Positions 14,340 through 29,635 are shown, counted from the stretch's first letter. The stretch: 64,000 bases of DNA from the human T2T-CHM13v2.0 reference genome, Homo sapiens (GCF_009914755.1 NC_060926.1); one strand, 5' to 3'. Notes: generated from the sequence alone by a model not told the origin. A program made the numbers and translations.

Positions 14340-14548
14340 ATTCTATCCTCAACCTCGACACTGGTGACATTTGGGACTGGATTGTTCTCTGTCGTGGAGG
14401 ACTCCTGTGCACTCTAGGAGTCCTCCACATCCTGGCCTCTACCCATGAGATGCCATTAGCATCCCCCAGCTCTGACAACTGGAAACGTCTCAGACATTGC
14501 CAAATGTCCCCTGGAGGGCAAAATCGCCACCAGCTGAGGACCACTGGG
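14340..14548. mobile_element. MER20 (hAT-Charlie)
   Basis: ctcaacctcgacactggtgacatttggg...cagacattgccaaatgtcccctggagggcaaaatcgcc...gaggaccactg. Confidence 0.85.
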
Positions 14549-15214
14549 CTAGCCCCCAATTCACATCTCAGGTCTATACTAGCTGTAAACTCACCACTCT
14601 GACTCTATTCCCCCATCAGCAAAACAAGGATTAGAAAAATCAAGACATGTGAGGATTAGATGACTTAATATATTTCAGATGTGCTTGGCATAGCATACAA
14701 ACTCATCAAATCATCATTAGGCAGAAGTATGGGGAAAGCTCCAGCATTTTTCTAATACTTTTTCTTTCAAGCACGAACGCCCTGTTTGTCAGTAACTTCA
14801 TTTATGTTCTCTAAGATCTTGTTATATCTCCCCTCCCAAAAGTCACAAATCCAAAGAGAGAGCCGGTGGGGGGCGGGGGACCTGCAATTGCATTGGTGAC
14901 TGCCCGGGGTGAAGGCAGGTCATTCCAAATGTTCTCTACTGTGAAAAGGAGGAGGCTTGAATCTGTGTTACCGTTTCAATTATTTATGAGATAAATAACC
15001 CTAAAACAAGGGAATCCTGAACTATCCCATCTCCTGACCAGCTTTTCTTCTCAACCAACAGGCAGCCATTCTGTTGTTCCCTTCCCTGAGTCTTAGCACC
15101 ACCTCTTCAAGCCACTTTCCTGATTGACAATAACTAAAGAAGAATTGTAAGCTTTATTAAGAAGCAAGGGAAAGACCAAAAAGTGGTTAGAGAAAGCACT
15201 GACAATTATTAACT

Positions 15215-16475
15215 GCTGTGATGGTGGAGTGATGGTTATTGGGACGGGGAATGGTGTGGTGTCTAAGGGTGGTAGTGATGGTGATGACAGAGGTGGTCAT
15301 GATCATGGGAGGGCTGGTAGGAGTGGAGATGGTGGTGGTGATGGTGATGGTGATGGTAGAGGTGGTCATGATCATATGGGAGTGATAGGGGAGGAGATGG
15401 TGGTAGTGATGGTGGAGGTGGTCATGGTCAGGGTAGGAATGGTGAGGGTGGAGATGGTGGTGGTGATGGTGATGGTGAGGGTGGAGATGGTGGTAGTGAT
15501 GGTGATGGTGGAGGTGGTCATGATTATGGTGAGAGTGGTAGGGGTGGAGATGGTGGTGGTGATGGCGATGGTGGAGGTGGTCATGATCATGGAAAATAAT
15601 AGGTGTGGAGATAGTGGTAGTGATGGTGATGGTGGAGGTGGTCATGATCACGGTGGGTCTGGTAGGGGTAGAGATGGTGATGGTGATGTTGGAGGTGGTC
15701 ATGATCATGGTAGAACTGGTAGGGGTGGAGGTGGTGGTAGTGATGGTGATGGTGATGGTGGAGGTGGTCATAATTATGGTGGGAGTGGTAGGGGTGGAGA
15801 TTATGGTAGTGATGATGATAGTGGAGGTCGTCATGATTATGGTAAGAGTGGGAGGGGTGGAGATGGTGGTGGTGATGGTGAGGGTGGAGGTGGTCATGAT
15901 CACGGTGGGAGTGATAGGGGTGGAGATGGTGGTAGTGATGGTGATGGTGAGGGTGAAGGTGGTGGTAGTGATGGTGATGGTGGAGGTGGTCATGATCATG
16001 ATAGGACTGGTAGGGGTGGAGATGGTGGTGGTGATGGTGATGGTGAGGGTGGAGGTGGTGGTGGTGATGGTGAGGGTGGAGATGGTGGTAGTGATGGTGA
16101 TGGTGAGGGTGAAGGTGGTAGTGGTGATGGTGATGGTGGAGGTGGTTATGATCATGGTGGGAGTGATGGGGTAGAGATGGTGGTGGTGATGGTGATGGTG
16201 AGGGTGGAGGTGGTGGTGGTGATGGTGAGGGTGGAGATGGTGGTAGTGATGGTGATGGTGAGGGTGAAGGTGGTGGTAGTGATGGTGATGGTGGAGGTGG
16301 GCATGATCATGGTGGGAGTGATAGGGGTGGAGATGGTGGTAGTGATGGTGGTGTTGGTGGTGATTGTGGTGGCCATGCTGATGACTCTGGTGGTGCTGTT
16401 GAAGGGGATCCTATTGATCATGGCAGTGCCATTGATCATTGTGCAGAGGCAGCAGTGGTAATGGAGGTGGTGATA
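15215..16475. repeat. ~1.25-kb complex (GGT/GAT/GGA)n triplet array with ~55-65-nt higher-order unit
   Basis: Recurring ggtggaggtggtcatgatcatgg...ggggtggagatggtggtagtgatggtgat. Confidence 0.97.
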
Positions 16476-16699
16476 GTAAAAGTAGTATACTAAAGTAGCT
16501 GGGTGGAAAATTGAGGTCAAAAGCAAGTGCAGCCTGGCTGCTATATTGAGCAAGGGGTGAGGTAAAGGGACATCACCTGCCTGGTGATAACCCTGGTTCC
16601 ATTCTGCTTTGTATTCACATTAGCCATACATGTGTCTGATTTTCTCATTCCACTTCTTATTATGAACTTAATAAGGTATTAATAACTTAATAAGGTATC

Positions 16700-17400
16700 T
16701 TATTAACTCTACATTTCCACACCTGGCAGCATGTCTAACATAGAATAGATGCTTTGTAAATGTTTCTTCTGTGAATAAGTGCATGAGACCATGTACTTGG
16801 CATCAGGTAGACAGGATACATGTCTTCCTCTGCCATTTACTAGCTGTGCGACCTCAGACAAGTTAGTTCATCTCTCTGGGCCCTGTATGTACTGAACAAC
16901 TTAACGGAGCATCTTCGTTGGCCAGACACTGTTCTGAGCCCCAGTGTTGCAGTACTGAACACAGTCCTCTTGATCTCCATTCTCACGGAGCCTCCATTCA
17001 GCAGGGAAGACAAACAATGAACACATATTGGAAGGAGATGACTTTAGCTCGTGGTGATTGAAATGGAACAGAACAAGGCAACTTGATAGAGGTGACCTGG
17101 TGGCTATTTTAGACAGGGTGGTCAGGGAAGACCTCTTTGTGGGGCTGAGACCTGAATGATGAGGAGTTGCCCCTCCCAGGGGAAATTGAGTCTCTGGAGA
17201 TTCCTCAGAAGGGAAGCTCAAGGCAGATATGAGTTGAGGATGAGAGTGGCTCAGATCTTGGTGGGGCGGGTGAGGTGGGGGGCTGCATCATATAGGACCT
17301 CGGAGGGCAGGGAAGGGGTCGGGATCATTTTCTCCTCTACGTGGAGAAGAACTGTACTGGGGTTTCAAGCAGCAGGGCTGGGTCTATTTTGGAAGTAGGA
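16700..17400. mobile_element. L2 and MIR fragments
   Basis: ctctgccatttactagctgtgcgacctcagacaagtta (MIR); gccagacactgttctgagc...agggtggtcagggaagacctct (L2). Confidence 0.6.
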
Positions 17401-17737
17401 CGGGAACACCATGCAGCAGGTGTAGGAGGGAGGAAAGGTAACATGCAAGGACAGTCCTCGAGTTTTGTTTAAGCAACGGAGTGGGTGAGGTGAGAAGCAC
17501 CGGGGGAGAGGCAGATTTACAGGGAAGAAGAAATGAAGATCTATTTTTTGGCCATGTGAATTCTGAGAAGATTGTAGAGATCCCTGTGTCCTCATCTGCC
17601 AGAAGGGGATAATAATAGAACTTGTGGGGCTGCGGGGAGGCTGGAATGGGGTGAGGTGCAGAGAGAACCCAGAGCATTGCCTCTCGATGGTTCAGGTTCA
17701 GTGATGCTGCCCTGATCCTCTTTCCCTCCTCTCCCAG

Positions 17738-17818
17738 GTTCCTGGTGAGGCCAATCCCATCAACATGGTGTCCAAGCTCAGCCAACTGACAAGCCTGTTG
17801 TCATCCATTGAAGACAAG
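17738..17818 (+). CDS. INPP5D: INPP5D exon 7 (81 nt): VPGEANPINMVSKLSQLTSLLSSIEDK
   Basis: ctcccag|G acceptor, AAG|gtacgt donor; phase 0-0. Confidence 0.97.
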
Positions 17819-17942
17819 GTACGTGTGGGGCTCCTGCGGCTTCTCTTGGTCTCCTCTTTGGTCCCCTCTTTGCATGGAGAATGCCCAGATGCACAGGCTC
17901 GGCGTCCCCTTGACCCTCTGTCTCTAACGCTGCTGCCCACAG

Positions 17943-18014
17943 GTCAAGGCCTTGCTGCACGAGGGTCCTGAGTCTCCGCACCGGCCCTCCCTTATCCCTC
18001 CAGTCACCTTTGAG
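17943..18014 (+). CDS. INPP5D: INPP5D exon 8 (72 nt): VKALLHEGPESPHRPSLIPPVTFE
   Basis: ctctaac branch point, cccacag|G acceptor, GAG|gtaagt donor. Confidence 0.97.
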
Positions 18015-19046
18015 GTAAGTGGCCATGGGACAGCAGAGCCTGGGCTTGGGCTCCACAGCTGGGCAGAGAGACATGTTCTTGTTCCTGTGGAAAGAGGGAT
18101 TGGGGCTTTAGCTGGGGAAGAGCAGGGAGCGCATTAGCCAAGAATGGCAGTCAGTTGACCTTTGTCGCTGTGATGGCGGTTCAACGTCAGAACGGGCACC
18201 CAGAGACAACTGGGAAATCCCCTTCGGAGGGAAGCTACAAGGGAGGAGTGTCTCATTGGGCCAGGCACCATGTAAACTTTGTCCTTCTCAAAATGGCAGA
18301 GATGAGTGACATCAGACGGGGCTGCAAAGTACTGCCTCAAGGGGGTGGGGAATTCAGAAAAAAAATCGTGCGATTCCTGTGATTTCCATGAGAATGACTG
18401 GATTAGAATCTCCAGGCTTGACCCAAAATGCGTTCTTCTTTACAATCCCCAGAGATTCTAGTATATTCACCCCAGCACTGGTCCCAAATTCAGGAATCCA
18501 GTGTGAGACCCGCACCCCCTCCGCCACACACACATTCCCCACCCCAAAGTCCGTTCTAGACCTGGTGATTATCCTCTATTAAGATAAATTTCCATTTTCT
18601 GAGCATGCCTACGCAACTGTTGTGGGTTTTCTTTTCTATTATTATCAGTAAATGTTCAATCAGTGGTTGTAACAAGGCCTGGGAGTTTAAATCTGTTACT
18701 AAAATCCTTTCTGGAAGTAGGTGACACATCAGATTAATGAGTGTTGTCAAAGTCATCAGTGAATGAACCATTTCCAGCAATTCGTCTGTTTCCGCCAGCA
18801 AACCTGTTGGCAGAACGGCTCCCCCACACACAGTGGACGAGGGGGATGCCCCTAGAGTCTCTGTGATTCCCGGGAGACGCCTGTGGAAACATGCACGTGC
18901 GCCGCTGGGGCAAGAGAAGCCCAGTGGCCCCACGAAGGACGCACACCAGAGGTTGCCCAGCCATGTAGACAAGGGGTTCGGGCGGGGGAAGCCTTGCAAA
19001 AGCCCAGGCAGAAAATCAATCAGTGACACATCTCTTCTCTTCTAAG

Positions 19047-19170
19047 GTGAAGGCAGAGTCTCTGGGGATTCCTCAGAAAATGCAGCTCAAAGTCGACGTT
19101 GAGTCTGGGAAACTGATCATTAAGAAGTCCAAGGATGGTTCTGAGGACAAGTTCTACAGCCACAAGAAAA
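19047..19170 (+). CDS. INPP5D: INPP5D exon 9 (124 nt): VKAESLGIPQKMQLKVDVESGKLIIKKSKDGSEDKFYSHKK (PH-related domain)
   Basis: tctaag|G acceptor, AAA|gtaaga donor. Confidence 0.97.
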
Positions 19171-19419
19171 GTAAGACCCCTCGTGCCTATCAACCACTGC
19201 CCCTCACCTGCCTGTGGAATTCCTGCCCTCTCAGCTCACCTCTCAGAAGGCCTGCCCTGCAGGTCTGTCTTCCGCACGCATGCGCGCCTGCGCTCATGCT
19301 TTTGTGTGTGTGTGTGTCTCTTCTCTTCCCCACCAAGACCCAGTGTGATCCATGCTATCACCTCTCAGTGCCGGGCACAAAGCCTTGCACAGATGAGGTC
19401 TTGTTGACAATTGGGTAGT

Positions 19420-19660
19420 GTCTGTAGCACAGGATAAACTAAACTGTGAGTACATGGACTCTGGAACCAAACTGCCTAAATTCACGTCCCAGCTCTGCCA
19501 CTTAGCAGCTGTGTGACCTGGGACATGTCATGACCTCTCTAGCCCTCAGTTTCCTCATCTGTAAAATGGGGATGATAAAAATTATGTGAATAATATGCTC
19601 AAGGCTCTTTAGGCTAGAGCCCAGCATGTAGTGGCCACTTTGAGAGTCAGCTGTTATTAG
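19420..19660 (+). mobile_element. MIR
   Basis: cccagctctgccacttagcagctgtgtgacctggg...cctcagtttcctcatctgtaaaatggggatgata. Confidence 0.85.
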
Positions 19661-20474
19661 TAGGTTCTGAGAACCATCAAATCAACTCATCCATAAAATG
19701 GAAGCTCTTCACACAACAAATGCATATAGAGAAGCTGCAGTGGGGCAAGACAAGGGGATCCAGGGCCAGCAGGGCAGATGAGGCCCCTGCCCACATGGAA
19801 TTTATATTCTGGTGCATTGAGTGGCCGATAGAGACTCAAATACATCTGTCAATACAGATGAATGATCAGATGGATGATCCAGCTATGAAAAGCGCTACAA
19901 AGAAAACAAAACAGGGCAAAGGGGTAGAGGTTAACTGGCAAGAGGGGATAGTGTAGAAAGGGCAGACATGGAAGTTTCCTCTGAGTAAGAGGCACATTGG
20001 CGGAGACCCCGAGGCTGAGAAGCAACCAGTCGGGCAGGGGTCTGAGGGAAGAGCATCCCAGCTAGCAGAGCAGCATGTGCAAACGCTGGGAGATGGGCAC
20101 TGGGGCCCAGGTTAGGGAGGCCAGGCAGGGTGTCAGGAGGCAGGGGGGTAGGCAATGCCCAGTGCGGGGCCACATGGGGCTGGAGAACAGCAGCAGACAG
20201 GACCAGAGGGCTGACGAAAGCATGAGAGTTTCCTGAGCAGCCTCTCGTTCTGGCTGATGGCGAATGGACATCTTTCTTCATCTGGGTGGCCAATGGGTTC
20301 CCCCGAGAAACCTGATCAATGCGTAGACCCTTGCCTCAGATAAATCCCAACCTTCACACAACAGTTTGCATCCCATGTCAGGTTTTAAGACCACTATGAA
20401 GCCCCCCAAGTCTCTGTGGCTACAACACTTTTTTTTATTCTTTAGTGTCTCAAAGTTCATTTAGAGGGCATGGT

Positions 20475-20654
20475 TAAGGTTGCCACAATTAGCAGATAAA
20501 AATACAGGAGGCCCAGTAAAATTTGAATTTCAGATAAACAACCGATATACTATATGTATGTCCCATGCAATATTTGGGACATACTTATATGCAACAATGA
20601 TTCACAGTTTTTCTGAAGTTCAAATTTAACTGGGTCTCCTGTATTTTATCTGGC
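20475..20654. mobile_element. MER53 palindromic hAT MITE (copy 2, near full length)
   Basis: ggttgcca...cccagtaaaatttgaatttcagataaaca...tatgtcccatgcaatatttgggacatacttata...ctgaagttcaaatttaactggg. Confidence 0.88.
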
Positions 20655-20668
20655 TTCTTCAGGCATGA

Positions 20669-20977
<309 letters not shown>

Positions 20978-21047
20978 TCTTTTGTTCTTAATAAAGTCGT
21001 ATGCACTAAGTATGGGGAACTGGGAGGACCTTGGCAGGGCCTGTGCA

Positions 21048-21260
21048 TTCAGAGTCCTCTCTGTCCCTGTGTCCTTGGAGACAGGATGCTCTGTCCCCCA
21101 GGTATAGGGAGGGCTCCTCTCATATGAGGCTCTATAACCTGCTTTAGAGGAATGTCAGAGGGTCCTTCCTGCACCTGCCATTGCTCAAATTCCTTCAGCT
21201 GAAAATATTCAACATGCTTAGGATGCCATATTTTGCAATAGTGCATCCTGAACCCCACTG
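21048..21260 (-). mobile_element. ERV1 LTR fragment (MER34-like 5' part)
   Basis: Reverse complement ggggttcaggatgcac...caaaatatggcatc...gaatattttcagctgaaggaatttgag. Confidence 0.55.
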
Positions 21261-21708
21261 ATAGCACAGTGGGGTGCAAGTAGCCCAGTCTTGAGTCCCA
21301 GGTCAGCCACTTGTGACTTGGGTCTGGTGCCTTTTCTCTGGTCCTCAGTTTACTCTTCTGTCCAGCAGGGATAGTAGCAGCATCTTGCAGGGCTCTCATG
21401 AGTCTTATGTGGGTGAACATCAAAGCAACTGGTGCCCAACCTCCAGGGAGTGCTCAATATCATTGACTGTCACCACCACCACCACCATTATTATTACCCT
21501 TCCAGGGTAGCCGTGAGGGAGGCTGATCTCAGGGAATGGCTGGGGGTGACATCATAGCTGTCATAGTCCTGCAGAGGGGAGCTCATAGCATCATGGTGGC
21601 CCCTGTGTATAGTGGCAAGTTGGGCAGGAGAAATGGGGAGTCACTGATGATTTGAACAGAAAGGCTGTGTGGAAAGTGAGCTTAGAGTGATGGTTTCCTC
21701 TTATCTGT

Positions 21709-22072
21709 TGATATGATTTGGCTGTGTCCCCACCCAAATCTCATCTTGAACTGTAGCTCCCATAATCCCCACTTGTCATGGGAAGGACCGGGTGGGGAGG
21801 TAATTAAATCACTGGGATGAGTTTTTCCCATGCTGTTCTCATGGTAGTGAATAAATCTCATGAGATCTGATGGTTTTATAAAGGGTAGTTCCCCTGCACA
21901 AGCTCTCTTGCCTGCCACCATGTAAGACGTGACTTTGCTCCTCCTTTGCTTCTGCTATGATTGTGAGGCCTCCCCAGCCATGTGGAACTGTGAGTCCATT
22001 AAAACTCTTTCCTTTATAAATTACCCAGTCTTGGGTATGTCTTTATTAGCAGCGTGAGAACAGACTAATACA
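21709..22072 (+). mobile_element. THE1-family MaLR solo LTR, sense to INPP5D
   Basis: TGATATG...GACTAATACA termini; perfect 5-bp TSD TCTGT. Confidence 0.95.
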
Positions 22073-22766
22073 TCTGTTAAGGAGAGAGGGGTGGCCCAAC
22101 TTGGATAAGAGGAGATGGAAACGTTAAGATGAGTGAAGACTGTCAGAGCACCTGATTACTAAAAAACTTAAGATTGAAAGAAACACCTCCCAGGGTTCTC
22201 AGAAGTGCTGTGAACTTTTGTCGGTTTAATGCAACAGATATTTGCGTAGCATCTTCTATGGGCCAGCCCTTCATCGTGAACGCTTCCTCTAAGGATTTGC
22301 TGTGGAGAAGGGAACGCTGGCACATGGGCAGGTATTAGAATGTGCTCCAGAGGGAGGTTAGTCCCGAGGGAGGACTGGTTAGCTCTTTTGGGGAGTGAGG
22401 GCAGGAGACTTCACACCACCGAGGTGGCTCTGACCGGGATTTGAAGGATGAATAGGATTTTGCCAAGCATGAGGCAGGGGAGGGCACTGGTACTGAGAGA
22501 ATGGGGTGTGCAGGGAACGGGACAGGGGGTTAGTGAAATCACACATTACATGTTGCTCATCTCTCACTGTGGTTCTGGAGAGAGAAGCCGCTGGGCACGC
22601 CATCCTAGGTGTGAACAGAGCCTAGAATGCCCAAGTAAGGATTGGAGCTGTTGTTGCTGAGAAGTTGGTATTCTCCTTTGTGGAAACAGATCAGGGATGG
22701 GTGAAAGAGCTAAACTAGAGATCACTGGCCCTAAGAAAATCCAGCTCTAGTTAAGAATGGGCTATG

Positions 22767-22912
22767 CATGGGTGCAGTGGTACGCACCTGTATTCTTAGC
22801 TACTTGGGAGGCTGAAGTGGGAGGATCACTTGGAGCCAGGAGTTTGAGTTCACCCTGAGCAACACAGCAAGACTCCATCTCTAAAAATTAATAATAATAA
22901 TAATAACAATAA
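22767..22912 (+). mobile_element. FLAM_A-like Alu monomer with (AAT)n tail
   Basis: Single monomer; TSD-like aat(g/a)ggctat. Confidence 0.8.
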
Positions 22913-23299
22913 TAGGCTATTTCAGAGCAGGTTTGTGAGCCCTGAAGAGCATGGGTGCCCACAGACTGCCAGCCCACTCTCCGGGAATGTGCCCACCTAG
23001 CTCCAGTCCTCCCGTCAATCCAGGATGGTGGAGCCTGACTTCCTCTCTGTGGTGACACCTGTCACATCAGAGCACAATTGACTCCTCACAAATTCCCTCC
23101 CCCTAAAAAGGACAAGGTCTTTCCTTTACACACCCTGGACTCTGCAGGCCCCAGCTCGGGCCCTGGGGCTCAGCAAGTGCGTGCTCAGGGATTGCCAATT
23201 GCCTGAGGCACTTGCAATGTCATCCATCATAAATCCCAGTTCTGTCTCCCCTCTTTAATGTGGGCTTCACAAAGGCTGGGATGTGGATTTTTTCGTTGT

Positions 23300-24730
23300 T
23301 GTTAACCACTAAATCCCAGAGCCAAAACAGTGCTTAGCACAGAGTAAGTGATCAGTAAATGCATATTGAGAGAACGCATGCATGAATCAGTGAATGAATG
23401 CAAGAATGAAGGAACGCACACAGGAATAAGAATGAATGTAATAATGAATGAATGCACACATGAATGAGAGAATGAAGGCAAGAATGAATGAATCTATGCA
23501 TGAGTGAGCAAATGTGTCCTAAACCAGGTAAGATCATACAGTTCTCATGGATGCATGTTTAAGTGGCTTCTTTACAGTTGGTGCTGAGAGGCAGTGTGGT
23601 TCAAGAGTGGGTGCTCTAGGTAAACCGGATGCATGTGTTGGTTCCATGACTTGCTAATAGTATGATCTCAAGTAAGCTACTTAACTCCTCAAAGCCTCAA
23701 TGATGCCTCCACAAGACAGGGGTTCCTACAGGGGTTGTTGTGAGAGTTAATGGGGTAAGGTGTGTCCTTAGTGCGGAGTCTGGCTCATGGTGAGTTTCCA
23801 TCCATGGTTATTATGACAGAGCGGTGCTCGCCTGGAGGGAATCTGTGGTTGCAAGAGTTGGAGCTTCCTTACCCTATTTTAATCACCATGTTCATGAATA
23901 GCTTTGGCATCATGGTCTTCTACACATAGGAACAGCCAGTTGCTGTATGTTCAAATCATAAAATATTCATGCTCCGAGCACCTGCTATGCAGGTACCAGG
24001 CTTTGGGATGCGAAGGTGAACCAGCCAGCCGGGATCCTAGCTTTCAGGAAAGTTTCATTCAAATCAGGGCAAAGGAGAAAATAAACAAACACACAAATAT
24101 ACAAACCAGGAATGTGTCAGGGAATGATAAACTCTAGACCTGGGGATTTAAATAGAAAAATATGACAGTAATGGGGAAAAGCCTTTCTGTGGACATGCTG
24201 TGCCATTTGAACCGAGACCTGAGTGTCAGGAAGATGCTGGCTGTGACCAACCCAGGGAAAGAGGCAACTGGGCTCAGTCCCAAGGCAGGAACAAGTATGG
24301 CGTGTGAGACGGCTGGGCGGCCAGGACTCAGACAAGGCTGAGGCTGGACAGGGGCCAGGCATGTGGGCTTGCTGAGCCAGAGTACCAGCTCACGTTTCCT
24401 TCCAAATGCAGCAAGCCACTATTAGGAGGTTTTCAGCTGGGGGGGGTGTGGTGTGATTCCACTTCAAAAAGATAACTCTGGCTGCTGTACTGAGAATAAA
24501 CTATGGGAAGAGAGGAAGAGTGGAGACAGGGACACCAATTAGGAGGCCATGATAGCAGTCAGGCAAGAGGCGGTGGCAGCTGGAGATGGGAAAAGGTGAA
24601 CGGGGTGGGAACGTTTCAAAGGTAGACCAGCCAGCACCTGCTGATCGATACCATGTAACAGGACGAGGGAAACGGAACTTCTAGTGTTATTTCACTGGGC
24701 GTGGGGAAGGTGGGGCGCTGACTGACTCTG
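23300..24730. mobile_element. L2 3' ends, (TGAA)n tract and MIR fragments
   Basis: acagtgcttagcacagagtaagtgatcagtaaatgc plus (atga)n; MIR at ~23590-23810; L2 body at ~23950-24730. Confidence 0.6.
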
Positions 24731-25498
24731 ATGGAATAATAACCCTGATCAAACAAGATATCACATCCTGGGGGCAACCGCACAGTCCTGCGAACAGATG
24801 GCAAGGAAATTCAGGGGAAGGAGACATGGCCTGATCGTAGCAGACTGGAAAAGTCTCAGCATTTGGTTAGCAGTGGTAGAAATCGGACTGTGGGATGCTT
24901 ACTGAGGTGCAGACGAGGCTGATGTCATTTCCCTTTGGGGAGGCTTCCAGCTCAAAGTGATGGTTAAATGCATGCTCTGCCATCAGTTCCCTTCCGGAAG
25001 GCAAAACCCACAGGGAAAGAGAGAATGGGAGAGCAACAATATTCTGAAAGCCGGAAAGGAGATGGATAGCGAGAGTCACTTGTAGGAACCAAAAAACGAA
25101 ACCCTAAGCAGGTGGAAGAAAAAACAGAGACACTGACTCACACAAAACCCACAAAGGGCTCAGGAACTGAGAGCCTTGGGGACCCCAAGAAGTGGGGTGA
25201 AGGTGGGGTTATACACAGCAGGGTCAGATGGAAGTCTATTTAAAGACAGTTCAGCCCAACAGATCACACTCCACTCCATGTAGCCAGTGGCTCCTCCTCA
25301 CTCCTTTGGCAGAAGATTGGATATTCTTTGGAGAAGGTGAAGGGCTGGGAGATGCCAGGCCTGCTGCAGGCAGGAGAGCCTACTGAAAACAGAGGACTAA
25401 GGGACAGTCACTTGCTGAGTGCTGAGACCCCAGCCTTCTTCCCTGCCCAGCTCCCAGGATGCTGCTGGCCAGCCCCACCCTCCCTAGGCAGGAGTTAG

Positions 25499-26599
<1,101 letters not shown>

Positions 26600-26914
26600 T
26601 GGAGAGATCAGATTCTACAGATAAAAAGAAATGGGCCTGTGGAATAACAGAATTATATCTAGAAAGGAACAGTAAGAGAATAAAATGAAAGTGAAAAAGG
26701 ATGAGGAGAAAGAGAGAAGGGGGAAGAAGGGGAAAGGGAAAGGAAGGACAACTCTGGGGCAATAAAAAATATTATAGCAGTAATTAAAAAAAATAAGAAC
26801 CCAATGGAAGAGTGGAAAGATACAGTTTAGAAAAGCTCCGAAAAGGCAAAACAAAAGGACAAAGTGATGGAAAATAGGAGAGGCAAGATTTTTACAATTT
26901 AAAAGACCAGATCA

Positions 26915-27236
<322 letters not shown>

Positions 27237-27475
27237 GACGAGTTCAGGAGGCCCAATATCAAAATAATAAGTGTCAGTAAGAGAAAACAGATTGAGAAAA
27301 TTTATTAAAGAATTCAGGAAAGAGTCTCAGAACAGAATAACACTTGCCTCCATGTTGAAAATGGCCAAGTGCTCACACAACACAGGAGGCCCACACAACC
27401 CTGGAAAGTCTCACAATGCTGGACTCCAAGAAAAGATCCTAAAAATGTTCAGAGCAAAAGATAGATTACGCCCTG

Positions 27476-28541
<1,066 letters not shown>

Positions 28542-29519
28542 AGAGAATCAGAATGACATTGTTTCTCCAGCAATCCTGAAAACTAGAGATGATGGAACAA
28601 GGTTCCAGAGTCTGGAGGAGAATTATTTCAAATTTAGAGTTCTGTCAGTTAAGTGTGAGGGTCGAATTCTCAGACACGCAAGGCCTCTAAAAATGTATCA
28701 CCGATTCTTCCTTTCTTGGAAAGCCACTAGAGATGCTGCTCTACCAAAATGAGGGTGTAAACCAAGAAGAGGAAGACCTGGGGTCCAAGAAATGGGATTT
28801 AATACGAGAGAGAGAAACGTATTCCTGGATTATGAAGTAAGGCCCCAAGGTAAAGGCTGTGCCTCGGCCCTTGAAGTCACCAGTCCAGAGAAGACCCAGA
28901 AGCTCTGGGAAAGGCTCCCTCAGGACAAAGGAACTGATGAAAGTAGTTGGTCACATGGAAAAGAGAGTTATAAACTGGGGAAGAATTAGAAACAATAAAA
29001 AAAAAAAGTATGGCAATTACTAACTCCAGGAATAACACAAAGTTGTCTAGAAAAAGAGAAACATTCAGGGCTGGTCTGTCAATAGCATTTTGATAATCAG
29101 AATAACAAACACTGAGTACTTATCTGGCCAAAATTATGATATAATTGTTAGAAGGATGATGTGGGGACTGAAATTATGCATTGGCAGGGAGTCAAGTTGG
29201 GGGAGCAGGTTGTGTGTGTGAAAGAAATTTCAACCCTCATCTTCCATAGTGGACAGTCAAAAATGTAATAGGACATAATGAAAACTGAAACATCGGAAAG
29301 TATTAATCTAAGCATTTTTTTTTTTTAAGAAACAGAGTAGAATTCCAAAAGAATCCATTAAGAGAGTTGAAATTGGTTGCCTGTAGGGAGCTGGACATTG
29401 AAGAGAGGTTGGGTTGTGGAGGACTATTGTTTGCAAAAACCTTATAGAACAACTTGACTCTTTTAATTGTTGATGACAGTAAAATGTAAAATTAAATTTA
29501 GATATAAATTAAAAACAAA

Positions 29520-29635
29520 GCAAAAGAAGGAAAGGAGGAAGAGTAAGGAAGAAAGGAGGGAGGGAGAAGAGGAGGAAGAAGAGGAGAAGGAAGAAGAGAG
29601 AGGGGAAGGAGGGAGGCAGGGAGAAAGATGAAAAG
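29520..29635. repeat. GA-rich polypurine tract
   Basis: aagaaggaaaggaggaagag... Confidence 0.85.

Noticed and set aside
15187-16553. ORFs of 133-410 aa (Thr/Ile/His-rich or Val/Met/Gly/Asp-rich, mucin-like)
   Set aside because: Direct translations of the GGT/GAT triplet array, open in several frames on both strands, with no splice or promoter context
22767-22912. Possible 7SL RNA gene or pseudogene (also 50408-50535)
   Set aside because: No SRP S-domain; these are FLAM-type Alu monomers
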